A DNA stretch of 64,000 nucleotides, taken from Puccinia triticina. Lineage: Eukaryota. The position numbers and the translations under genes were made by a program. Position 1 is the stretch's first letter. Every line of letters starts with the position of its first letter. Below, piece after piece: positions 25,662 through 37,647 of this stretch. The stretch spans positions 868,001-932,000 of the forward strand of contig CP110440.1 of NCBI GenBank assembly GCA_026914245.1, written 5' to 3'. The notes beneath the pieces were generated by a model that saw only the letters and a list, made by a program, of their open reading frames with translations, did no database searches and was not told the DNA's origin.

Positions 25662-28600
25662 TTAAGAGTCGGTGGCGAAGATGAGACAGGTCTCCAGTTA
25701 ATGGCCCGGCCGGTCACACAGCTCGCACGTCTCGTCCTCCCCGTGCTCGTCCTCGACGTCAGGTTGGTGGCGGGAGCACAGGAGCGTGCGCCGGTCGGCG
25801 TCCCGGCCGCCCTCGTCCTCCAGCTGGCGGTCCTCCCCATCCAGGGCGTCACCACCATGGTCAGCAGGATCTTCAGCAGGATCGTCAGCCCCATCGTCAC
25901 CGGACTCCTCCTCGACAAGCCCATCCTGTGGTGGTTTGCGATAGGAATGCGTGTGTATTCCGCAAACTACCATGCCGGGAACTCATGCTCCGGTGTCTAG
26001 TGAGCTGCGGATGGTAACCCAGTAACTGGGTTACAACACCCCCCCCTCACCTAGACACCGGCCCGGGTACAAACGTAGATGGAGGAAACAACAAGAGCGG
26101 AAAGAAAAAAAACAACAAAAGAGAGGTGAATGGGGCATAATAAGGACCAGAGACATAGAAAAACAAATTAACCGCCTAGAAGATGGGCCCGCAAGCGTTC
26201 AAAAGGTTCCCTTGTCAATGGTTTAGTGAGAATGTCGGCTAACTGCTCAGTTGTAGGAACCCATGTGAGATCTGTCTTGTTTTCAAAGAGTGCCTGATTA
26301 GTGATATGAAATTCACGGTCAGTGTGCCTAGCTCTTTTGTTTGAGGCGTCATCTGTGCTAATCTTGACGGCAGATTGATTGTCACAGTACAGATTACCCT
26401 TAATGTCCACGCGCAGGATGTCCTTGAGCAAATGTCTCACCCACAGAACCTGCCGCGTAGCAATCCCAAGGGCCATGTACTCTGCCTTGCAAGTGGATGC
26501 CGCCACCGTCGCCAGCCCCCGCGAAACCCACAAGATCGGGCAGCCTAAAAATGTTAAAAAAATCCCATAGGTAGACTTTGAGTGTTCGCCGCCCCAAGAT
26601 GCATCACAATAACACCTCAGTGATTTCGCAGAAGTGTCCGGCCGAAGAGTCATGGTGCGGTCTCTCGACTGAGCTAAGTAATTCACCAAGTGGCGCACTC
26701 CTTTCCAGTGCGTTGGACCAGGAGAGGCCGAGAACCGTGCTAAAAAGTTCACTGCAAACGCTAAGTCTGGTCTAGTACCTACGGCTAGGTAGCTGAGCGA
26801 CATGACAACAGACAGGTAAGCAGTCGACGTGCTGGGATCACCGACTTGTTCAGAATTGATGTCAAGGTTAGCTGGCAATGGGGTCTTCGCGGTGGTGAAA
26901 CCATCCCAGTGAGTCTCCAGAATCTCCTTTACTAGTTTACGTTGGTCAAGTAAAAAGGAATCTGCGGTTCTCACGATATTGATACCCACAATCGAATCCA
27001 ACTTGTCGCTTTATTTGATTTCCAGCTTCCCTTCCAGCGCTGCTTCGAGTTTCTGTAGCGTTACGACAGAATCGCCCGTCACAATCCCGTCGTCGACGTG
27101 AATCCAGATTACTCCAGTTTTCTCCGCGTCCTGTAAAACATAAAGGCTAGAGTCATAGTGACTTGCCGAGTACCCTAGTCCCAGTAAGATGCCCTTCAGG
27201 TGGAGCCACCAGCAACGCACCGCCTGGCGCGTTCCATACAATGCCTTTTTTAAACGGAGACCTTCTCCTGTCTTCAAAGCCATGCCGTCCGGTGGTCGTA
27301 TCCAAATCTCCTCGTTGATGTCAGATTTCAGATAGGCCGCTACAAAGTCAAAGGAGTGTACTGGCCATTTGTAGGCAGCTGCTATGGTGAGTACTAAGCG
27401 CATAGAGACAAAGGTGGCAGTAGGGGCAAAGGTCTTCTTGAAGTCCACACCCTCTATCTGCGTGAATCCTTTAGCTACATACCGGGCCTTGTACCTGGTC
27501 ACTGTCCCATCTGCAGCCGTCTTCACCGCAAATACCCAGCGACCGTCAAGAGGCTTCTTTGTGGTGTCCATGAGGCGGACTTCCCAGACTTGCTTCCTGT
27601 CGAGATTCTGTAGTTCCTCCTCGACAGCAGCCTTCCACTGTTCCCAGTGATCGGACTTGAGGGCCTGCTTGTAGGTCTTTGGTACCCCTGCTGAATAGAA
27701 ACCGCAGTTCCTAATCACGTCGTCCACAAGTTGTTCTTCACGTTCAAAGGCCAATTCGTGTGAGAAATCTCCTATGCAAACTGAATTAGCTTCGGGGTCA
27801 ATTCGAATGGAAGACGTCAAAGGCTTCTTTAGTTGTTCCAAAGAAAGCATGGGCTTTCCAGGAAAGTCCTCAAAGGTTGCCCACGCAGACGAGACCAGTG
27901 AGTCTGATTCGGGAACCCAAAACATCCATCCCTTGCTGTCTCCCAAATGCGCTATAATGTGGGCTTTAAATGCACGGTCAGCTAGTTTAGTTCTCTTTTC
28001 TGGCGGTTGAAGAACGTAAGCTACTCCTCCAAAAATCCTAGCGACATCCAACTGCGGTTTTTGTCTGAAGAGTGCTTCGAAAGGAGTGACCTCTCCACTT
28101 GATTTGTTGGGTAGCCGGTTGAGAGTCCACGAGGCCCACTCAAAAGCAAAGCCCCAGAATCGTTGCGGAAGAGAGCTGTCACCGAGGACGGTGCGACCCA
28201 TTTCAGACACAGTGCGATTGAAGCGCTCTACCACACCGTTTTGGTAGTGATGATATGGGAGGTTTTGTTCCGCCCTGATTCCTTTACTCGTCAAAAAAGT
28301 GGCTAGGGCATTGTTAGCAAACTCACCGCCATTGTCGCTACAAAGAACTTTGACTCTCAGGTCAGTCTGCTTTTCCAACCTATTTATGGTGTCGAGAATA
28401 TGTTTGTTAGCCTCACTCTTAGCAGCTAAAATCTTTATCTCATTATACCCCGATCCCACATCTTTGATTGAAAGTACATACCGGCCCTTGTGGTATGTCG
28501 CAACCGGGAAAGGGCCCATAAGATCCACGTTGAGCACTTCCAACGGACCTACCGTTCTATTCGAACTTCCCAACACATTTGTCCTGGTACTCTTGTGTAT

Positions 28601-30546
28601 GGCACATACCGGGCAACGCAGCTGGCCTGGCGGCATCTTCTCCGGCAAGCCAAAAGCTGCCTTCTGGTTGATGAGCTTCCAGATTACCCGCAGACTCGCG
28701 TGTACGAATATCCTGTGCCACATTAAAAGAGTTGCCTCGTCGGCGGTCAAATCCTCAGGCCGCCAGGTGAAACTAGGAGAAGGCTCCATCGGTGACACAA
28801 ACAGATCTCCCGGTGTGCTCTTTGCTGCTAATCCCGAAGGGCAAAATGTAGGCTTAACATTGGTACTATCAGTTGTATCATTGCTCTCATTCGATTTCAA
28901 AAGGTTGGAGGACGGAGACACAGAAGAAGAACTTGGGGCATATGCAATGGGAACAGGAGACGAAGGGAGGTGAGCAGCACGGGATATGACAGGGAAAGGA
29001 ATATGGCATGGGGGAAGTCCGGCTGGGGTAGGGGGCAGTGGTTTCGGTAGGCACCATTTGTTGGAGTTCGGCCAGAACGGGCAGGAAAATAGAAGTTTCC
29101 AGTCCGAGGAGAAGAAGTCAAAAGAATCTTCTACGTGGTTGTAGAGAAAGCGGGAGTTAGCTTTCCGCAGGGCTGCCAGCGATATGAGGGTGGACGAAGC
29201 CCGCTCACAGTAGAGGACACCCTTAAGAATCACGATTTGCCCATCCCGGGTCGGAAAAGAGAGGTCCCCAGTCCCTGTGATAAAGGAACCGTCGCCCTTA
29301 GTGGCTACACGGAGAGGAATTGGACGAGAGAGAGGTTTAAAAGAGCTGAGTGCGTACCTCTTGGAAGTCAGGTGGTGTGTCGCGCCAGTGTCAATCACTG
29401 GGTCATCACCGTCGCCCACTGACAACTGACTGAACCGTGGCACAAAACCTTGTTCCAGGCTGTCATCCACCGCACCGATCTCAAGCATCCTTGAGGTGGT
29501 CTCCTGACCAGGATGTTGTTGAGACATGCCGTTCAAAACCGGCTGTTGGAACTGATCAGTGGGGCTGGGAGGTGCCATTGCCGGTTGTGCAATGTTGGCA
29601 CGGGACGTCGGGGTTTGTCGTTGACCCTGGGTCGGCAGGGAATTCTGGCGGTAGTCAGGTCGGTACATGTCGGGCTGCCCTGCTGCTTGTTGGGTGTAGC
29701 TTCCAGGTGTCGGTGGGGCGTAGTTTGAGGTCGGAACCCCGAAATTCTTGGTGGTGTAACCCGGGGGCGTGACGATGGGATACCACGCCTGGAAATTGCC
29801 TGGTGCCATCATCGGGGGAGCAGCGGGCGCCAGTTGGTTGTTCGGTCGCAGAGGTCTGGCTGGGAAGGAAGGACGACCGGGGCGTCGAGAGGACTGAGGG
29901 GGTTGGCTGAAATCTCGTCGACGAGGAAGGTTGCATTCACTGAGGAGGTGATCGACAGTTCCAGCATTGCAGCCCAGTCGTCGCTAAACCTTCTACCATT
30001 TCTGGCACCTCCGGCCACACGTCTGGGTCGAAGAATTCCATTGCCGGACTGACGGATTGGTCGAAATCTGGTCTACCTTGCTGTTGAGTTGAAACCGAGA
30101 ATGCCGTGGAGGAAGGTGCCGATAGATCCAGCTGGTGCTTCGCGATGTCGATGTGCTTCAGAATCTGATCTGCAGACGTCGCCAGTTTAGCCTTCGTCCT
30201 GCTGGAACTCGCAAAGTCTTGCTCAATTCTTCGGTCCACCTCTCTCCGAAGATCCGATCCGGCTTCCAGGGAGGATTGAAGGGCGAGACCACCTATGCTT
30301 TCGCGGTCGAGATCCAAACCGAGGGAGTGAAAGTTGTCCAGAAGTTCGAGGATTTGGGCGATGGTCTCGGAGCTACTCGAGTAGTCTGACATTTTGATGT
30401 TCTTCAGTTTCTCCCACACAACCATTTGTTTGGCTCTGCTCGCGGTGTGAAAACAGCTACGAAGGTGAGTGTACATGTCAAAGCAGGTGTTCTGGCGGAG
30501 CATACTGCTGTCTACCGTAGCCATGTAGAGACTGTAAAATGAAGAT

Positions 30547-30631
30547 GTGTCTGGTGAGAGTCGAACTCACGACCTCAGCTATGCTGAGACACATACTAGA
30601 GTGCTGCCTTTACCAACTAGGCTACAGACGC
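30547..30631 (-). ncRNA. tRNA-like cloverleaf / Pol III promoter in the TRIM 3' LTR
   Basis: GCGTCTG TA GCCT-AGTTGGTAA-AGGC A GCAC-TCTAGTAT-GTGT CTCAGC-ATA-GCTGAG GTC GTGAG-TTCGACT-CTCAC CAGACAC, followed by a T4 run. Confidence 0.8.
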
Positions 30632-30968
30632 TTGTGGCTGCCAGCTGGGTGGTTGGTTGGTAGTGGTCATGGGTCGATCCAACAGCCCTCCATACTGTGG
30701 TGATACATCATGGTAGCAGACTAACAGACAACTCAACACCCCCCCTTGCTACATGATGGGAAGTGGGGATTGACCCCAAGAGAGAGTGGGAATGAGACCC
30801 AGGAAAGATGATCAGCGTAGGTATTGAACCCATGATCTAGATGTAGGCTTATAGGGGTTTGCGTGGTCTTACAAGTAAGCATTCACAAATTCATCAAGTC
30901 TCTATTGTAAGCGAGTAACGCTCAGGTAGCCCTGGGCTCATAACCTGTAGAGACTGTAAAATGAAGAT

Positions 30969-31053
30969 GTGTCTGGTGAGAGTCGAACTCACGACCTCAG
31001 CTATGCTGAGACACATACTAGAGTGCTGCCTTTACCAACTAGGCTACAGACGC
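30969..31053 (-). ncRNA. tRNA-like cloverleaf / Pol III promoter in the TRIM 5' LTR
   Basis: Identical copy of 30547-30631. Confidence 0.8.
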
Positions 31054-32644
31054 TTGTGGCTGCCAGCTGGGTGGTTGGTTGGTAGTGCTCATGGGTCGAT
31101 CCGACAGCCCTCCATACTGTGGTGATACATCATGGTAGCAGACTAACAGACAACTCAACAAGCCAGAAGGAGGGACCGGCCAATTTGTTCCTGAACACAA
31201 TCCGAGCACGATTTTGAGAACCACGCTCCATTGCCGAACACCTCTCGAGCTCGTTCACCCATCATTAGGTCCCACTGAACGAAGTTGGACCCACTGGGCT
31301 GCAGCTTGTCGGTGTCCGACATTCGGGATGTTGCGTGCGCCACAAAGTGTCCGGGAGATCGACCATGATATAGAGACTGGATCGCCGCTTCTTCAAGCCA
31401 TCGGTTGACTTCATTGGCGGTGTACATTGGGACATCGCCGTCTTCTTCATCTGCCGGCGGTGCTCGATTTGCAGGAGGAGCGTTCTGATTCGCGCGGGAA
31501 GTAGGTCGGCTGTGAGAGCTGAGGCGTCGATTTTGCATGGTACCCTGCGTGTTAGAGGTAAAGGCAGTCGGCTGAGGGCCCCACGGGTTGGTGACAGGAT
31601 TGGGGGAATGGGTGTTGCGGATTGGTGAGGACATAGGAACGGGAAAAAAAATCGGGGAAGGGAAAAAACGGATAGGGAGAAATGAAGGAAAAGGGAAGAA
31701 AAAGTATATATATGGGATAGAGTGTAGGATGACGGGAGAAGGAAGGTTGAACGGAGTTAATAGGCAATTGAAGGTTCGGATAAGGTATTTGGGTAGATGA
31801 ATGTAGGTTGGGGTCGGAGAAGTAGGAGAAAGAAAAAACTATGGGGATGTGCCAAGCCGGAGGTTGGTCGAAACACTGCAGATACTCTCCGCACTATTTT
31901 TTCACCTGTTCCTAAGTCAGCCCCTTTGGTACCGGGGTATGAGGTTCGAGTTAGCTAGGCTCTGGCTGACTCAGGGCGGGTTACTTTCTAGGTTGGATCG
32001 CTATCCACAGAGTTGTGAGGAAGTCGATGTGAGATGAGGGAACCAATAGTCAAGAGAAAAATAACGAGACAGAATATAACGGGGAAAATAGATATCTTTG
32101 GATGACGATACGGCCCTACGCTGGGCAGAGATGAGAAGAGCGACCCTACACTGGGTGATGAGATGAGAAGGAGAAGTATAGCCCTACGCTGGGCAGTTCA
32201 AAAAGAGTAAAAACAAAAGGAAAAGAACCAAACGCGACTGATGAGTTCGCTTCACACTCAAAATTGGAGATGAGGGCTCATGACCTGTGGTGGTTTGCGA
32301 TAGGAATGCGTGTGTATTCCGCAAACTACCATGCCGGGAACTCATGCTCCGGTGTCTAGTGAGCTGCGGATGGTAACCCAGTAACTGGGTTACAACACAT
32401 CCAAGATGCCCGCGAACCGAGCGGGGCCAGGGCCGGGCGCGGGGGTGTGGATGACGGCAGCGCAAGGGTCCGCCGGCGCCAGGTCTTGGAGCTGCGTCGG
32501 AGGAGCGCCCCGGCTGCCGACTGGGACCGCTCCCGCTCCTGGGAGCGTTCTTGGGACCGTTCCTGGGTCCGCTCCTGGGACCCACCGCCTCGCTCCCCCG
32601 TCAGTCGCTGGTAGGGCTGGGCCCCGGGTGATATCCAAGGCCTA

Positions 32645-33480
32645 CAGTGCCCCGCACCTCTTCTCAACTACCCCTACAGGGGTGTTCCAAATTTTGGGGG
32701 GGAAAAATCCAAAAAAAAAAATGGGGGCGGGAGCTTTTCTCCGATGATTTCTGATGTTTCTAGGGGAAAATGATGCTGTGCAACAGCTGTCAGAACTTTT
32801 AGCCTGAGAAATAAGTGTTATACATACATTGTAATACATATTTGAATATATTACATAAGTGTACATATTATGGTTGTTGTGAGGTCTCCTGGCATCCTGG
32901 CTTTGGCAAATCAAGAGACCTTCAAAAAACCAACTCACAATGGCGCCTGCTAGCAAAGCTTCTAAAGCACAAAGAGCCCGCCGCAAATGTGAATCAATGC
33001 TGAGGAAGAAGGTTGGCCGCACGATCAAAAAGCAAAAATTGAATTCCAATCAAAGCTGTCCTATTGAGATTTCCAATGAGGGTGAACGGGCTGATGAAGA
33101 ATTTTTTTGCAATCCCGACAAAGATCAATTCCCACCGGCAAGAACTCAGCCAATTGCACTCACCAAATGCCATAATCATATGGTTTACAGTGTTTTATAT
33201 ACATAATAAGTACATTAAGTACATAAACCATACTTTATAAACCCATAGTACATACATTTAAACCCATAATATAGGCAAGTGTTCCAAATTTGACCACCCA
33301 AAAAATGATAACTTTTGAAGGAGACATCCCAGAGGGATGTGCTATATAAAATCCTTTTCTACAAGCTCCATAGAGCTCAAAAATGTGTTGTATGGAGTTA
33401 TAGGGTTGATGGTCAAAAAGTTATGGGGGGTCAAAAACTTTTGCGGGCGCGGGGTAGTCGAGAAGAGATGCGGGGCACTG
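32645..33480. mobile_element. Non-autonomous Tc1/mariner-type element nested in the left end of hAT 2
   Basis: TIR of about 30 bp CAGTGCCCCGCA(C/T)CTCTTCTC(A/G)ACTACCC with TA on both flanks. Confidence 0.9.
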
Positions 33481-33637
33481 TAGAGGGCATCCCGCGCTGG
33501 TCCCCTGCGGGTATACCCGAGCTCGGGTATCAAATTCGCTAATCCCGGGCACTATCCGATGGATATCGGGTAGCACCCGCAGGGACCGGCAGTTGCACTG
33601 CTCCAGGGCGTGTAGAAAGATTGATACCAGCAACACG

Positions 33638-35936
33638 ATGTTGAAAAAACGCTCCGCTCCAGAAGATAACCCGCCGTCCCCTCCAAAAGCGCCTCAAACT
33701 TCCCAGCCAACCCGCAAGTCATGGGTGTGGAAGTATTTTGTTGATGATCCGAAGGAGGATAAAGTACGCTGTACAGCTATTTTGAAGAAAAATGGTTGAT
33801 TGTGCAACGCTTTGCTGGCCCGTGACAAAAGCTCTAGCACCAAATCTATGAGTGAGCATTTATTCCGGAAACATCAGATACTTGACCCCAGTAAAGTGGA
33901 AGCTGGTCTGCAAAACATTGGAGCAATGATAAAAAAGCAGAAAAATGAAACAGTAAGTAAGATATTCTAACCTTCAAGGCCCAGATATTATGTTTAATTA
34001 AGATTGATTTTTTTTTCTAGAATTCCGACAACAATCTCACATCAAACTCTCTAAAGAAAGCACTTGCTTATCTTGTTGCGGATGCCGACTTGCCATTTTT
34101 GTTCGTTGAACAACAATCTTTCCGGGATCTAATGTCTCTTTTGAATCCAATGGTAAGGCCTGGTAACATGATGTTTTCCCGGAAAACAATTGCAATGGAG
34201 GTGCACTACTTGCACAAGTCTCGCACCTCTCATCTGGTCAACATTTTCGAAAATGTCAAACATATTGGAGTTACTCTTGATGCTTGGACTTCACCAAATA
34301 CTGCTGCGTTCCTGGGAATCACGGCTCATGCGATTACGGAGAACTGGGAATTGGTTGATGTTGTGGTAGCCATGCCTGAAGTCCAGGGTAAGTCCACAAT
34401 CAAAATGGAACAATAATTTCACAGCTTGAATAAGTGTGATTTTCTACCCATTATAATCCAGGTTCTCATACTGGAGTCAACTTTGCCGAAGTCCTTATTG
34501 ATGTCCTGGACAAGTACGAAATCACAGAAAAGCTAGTAAGCATCATCACCGATAATGCAAGCAATAATTCCACCCTTGCAACGAGAATTGAAGAACTACT
34601 AGGCGGTGGATTCTATGCATCTGAACATCTGTTGGGATGCATGGCTCATGTCATCAATCTTGCTGCAAAGGACCGACTTGAAGCGTTTGGTCTTGAGCCT
34701 GAAGAGCCCAAATCTGAGATAACGCTGGATCAGATGGACAATCCTTGCAGTCAGGCTGTAACTCTTCGCATGGCCGAAGGAAGCAATGTCAATCTCAAGA
34801 CCGTTATTTCACGTGTTCATGGTCTAACCGTCTTTGTCCGAGCTACTCCGCAACGTTGTCAGCAGTTTCAAGGAATCATGGCCTCAGTTGGTACTCGACA
34901 CATGGATCCATCAAAGTACAAGCGTCTCTCATCCTCAAAAGGAAATACCAAAACTAGTATGACAGCCCCCAAAGTGCGAACGGAAAGCAGCTCAAAAACC
35001 CTTGTCCTTGATGTGAAGACACGGTGGAACTCAACCTATCTCATGCTTGAGCGTGCTCTCGAACTCAAAGATGTCTACAACATGTTCTGTCAGCGACCGG
35101 AAGCAGCTAAATTTTCACTCTCGTCGCTCCAGTGGGAGAAAGTCTCCCAAATGATAGAATTCTTGAAACCACTGAACAAAGCAACAGAATTCCTTTGCTC
35201 CTCACAATACCCAACCCTCAACATCTCTGTTCCAATCTACATATCATTGATGAAGCAAATCAAGCTCGCGCGATAGGCCTACAATGCTCGCCAGCTCTTG
35301 CCATCTGCAGAGCAGATGATTGAGAAACTCAAGAAATATCTACGACTTGCTCTGGAGAAAACGGCCCCGCTATGTGCAATGATACTTGATCCGCGCATCA
35401 AAATGTTGTACATTGAGAAGAACTCAGATTTTATTTGAGAGGAGATTGCCTCGGATTTTGATCCTGCTATTGTTCTCAGGGATTTCAAGACCGAGGCCCG
35501 CCGTTTCAATCGCAGTCCAGCAAAATTTGGTGCAACACAGCCCCAACAGATTCAGAGCTCCATCATGTCTGACATCTTTGGTTCGGAACAAGCAGCAAAC
35601 AACTTGGACACTGAAATTCAGAACTACTTCCGTGCAACTACCGAGTCGGGAAACACCAAGGTTCTTGAATTTTGGCGGAGCAACAAAGCTATCTATCCAT
35701 CACTTGCAGCGATGGCAAAATGTTATCTTGCCATCCCTGCCACCAGCACTCCCTTGGAGCGAGTTTTTTTGAGATCCAAATCTATAGTTGGTCCTCAACG
35801 GAGCAGTCTCAGTCCAACCTCCGTTGAGCACCTCCTCTGCCTGAAGGACTGGTACCGCGCAATTGGAACACTTGACCCCGCTCCTTATGATGAAACCGAC
35901 ATATTCGAGGATTCTCAAGTCACACCAACTCAATGA
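33638..35936 (+). pseudogene. hAT transposase, degenerate
   Basis: KSWVWKYF BED finger, TLDAWTS, CMAHVINL, DVKTRWNSTY, FWR...YLAIPATS. Stops at 33797, 35274 and 35436 plus a frameshift near 35500. Confidence 0.9.
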
Positions 35937-37647
35937 TGCTAGTTTTTTTTCTCAACTTTTCTTTCTGTTTTTATTTACATGTTTATCTTCTACAAATTTG
36001 AACTCGTCAAGTCGCCTCAGCATTCTGTTTAAACTTTAAATGTAATGAAAGGTTGGTCTCCAACCCTTCGCAAGACTCCTCCCGAGTCCTTTACCCGAGA
36101 TATCCGATCGGATAAAAAGCTCAAAAATTCCGCCCGCGCTCCGAGCGACCGGGTCGGGTAGTCGGGTATACCCGAAGGAGCTTGGGTCGGGGCCCAGCAC
36201 TAGTCGCTGGACATGAGCGGTCAGCCGCTGGATCTCCTCCTCCGCCTGGTCCTCCTGGAAGATCTTCTGCTCAATGATGCTCTTGAGCTCGCTGACCTAT
36301 ATATAACCCACAACCACTGTTGTGGATGCCGGTCAGATGGCAGGTGGAACGTGGTTGGCTCCGGCTGGGTTAGGTTTTGGTGGGGCCAGGTTAGGTTTGA
36401 TTCCAGTAGGTTGGGGGTGAGCTGGATCGGGGGCCATGGTGGTGGAGAGAGGGAAGGATGAGGAAGATTGGAAGTTTTGGAAGGTGATACAGGCCCAAGT
36501 TGGGCAGGGGGCTGAAATGAAAAATCCTGTGTGTCGGATTTTCAGCCACACGAATCAGCAAGCTTTCCTGTGTAATGACTAGAATATTCACCCCTGAGAG
36601 CATCCGCATCGGTTGCGGATTGAGGGAGGATTACTAACTTAGCTAATTTCCCTCCTTGGGGGAGCGAAGCAACCTCCAAAGGAGGGACTTACGCGCTATG
36701 TCCACCCCGCGGCCTGAGAGAATTTCAAATTTTGGTGGGCACTTTTTTATAATCAACATAGCACATGGGTCTCTGGACCAAATTCCTTCTAGTTTTAATT
36801 TCTGGGACCACCCAAGCTGTCCCCATCTATGTACTATTTCCATCTCCCCCCATCCCTTTTCTTTGATCTACAATGCCCTTTGTAATATCATTAGTTTTGG
36901 ATCCTGTACAGTGCAAGATGTGTAATGAAGGATGAAGTAGACATGATGGTGGTCATAAAAAAGTAATTTGAGTGCCACTCAATGCTTCAAAAAATTTGAA
37001 AAATATGTAGGAAGATTCTCCATGGTCTTCTGCATCTTTTGTTCCCCCAACACCTAATCACCCAATGAGAATTGGTGCTGCTACAAAACATCAAAAAACA
37101 GCATTTCTGAAATTCTCTCAGGCCACAAGGTCGACATAGCGCATAAGTCCCTTCTTCGGAGGGTCCCTGCGGGACGGCGTCCCCCCTCCACATAGAGAGG
37201 GACTTAGTTAAGTTAGGGAGGATTAGCGTAACTAATCCTCCTCGGCAACCGCATCGGGTCTGATTTAATCGGACTAAACTCCTCCCGGGAGTACGATTTG
37301 GAGTAAGCGGGAGTAAAGTTACGCCTTGCTAATCCTGGGAGTAAGCGCTGCATGCATATTCACATGCATGCAGACACTCCTCCCCACCCAAAAGTATGCA
37401 CCAAACACAGCTTACATAAGCTGTAGGTGCATACCACATACTTACACAGCTTATTAGAGCATCCGCATAGGGGCCTAGGGATTAGCTTAACTTAAGCCCG
37501 CAACTAAGTCCGGACTAGCACTAATCCGCATGGTCAACCACATTGGTTTCAGACTAAATATTGGATTAAGGGCTTAATCTGGTCTAGCCCCGGCATCCAC
37601 ATCAACACTTGATTTGCACACTACATACTCCTTTCCTCCCTACCTCC

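Larger units (their letters stand above)
30524..31160 (-). mobile_element. TRIM (637 bp) with tRNA-like LTRs, nested in the Copia gag
   Basis: 215-bp LTRs 30524-30738 and 30946-31160 (2 differences seen); TSD AGCCA; PBS GGTTATGAGCCCAGG; PPT AAGGGGGGG; removal restores gag in frame (LLLA|TVD). Confidence 0.95.
26168..31634 (-). pseudogene. Copia Gag-PR-IN-RT-RNaseH polyprotein, disrupted
   Basis: IDTGATHH (PR), WH...H...CPVC plus VDLMGP/SDNGGEF/ERFNRT (IN), HVDDG (RT), CDASW...ADILTK (RNaseH). Lesions: TRIM insertion in gag, frameshift in the zinc knuckle near 29950, in-frame TAA at 27011-27013. Confidence 0.93.
25927..32397 (-). mobile_element. Ty1/Copia LTR retrotransposon
   Basis: Two identical 112-bp LTRs (25927-26038 and 32286-32397); 5-bp TSD CATCC; PBS GGTCATGAGCCC; G-run PPT. 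Confidence 0.97.
32612..36202 (+). mobile_element. hAT DNA transposon 2
   Basis: TIR TAG(G/T)GCTGGGCCCCG; 8-bp TSD GTCGCTGG (32604-32611 and 36203-36210). Confidence 0.93.
25665..36296 (-). pseudogene. 3' remnant of a CLIP-170/Tip1-like gene in three pieces (36296-36203, 32611-32398, 25926-25665)
   Basis: With the hAT and Copia removed it reads VSELKSIIEQKIFQEDQAEEEIQRL..., then an acidic linker, then CELCDRPGH*LETC (CCHC knuckle with an internal stop). One frameshift is needed. Family call is from motif recollection. Confidence 0.6.

Noticed and set aside
30547..30631. Functional tRNA gene
   Set aside because: The anticodon loop is 8 nt, the variable arm is atypical and the sequence lies in an LTR; reported as tRNA-like only.
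25927..32397. Age paradox: host LTRs identical while nested TRIM LTRs differ at 2 sites
   Set aside because: 112 bp is too short for the difference to be meaningful.
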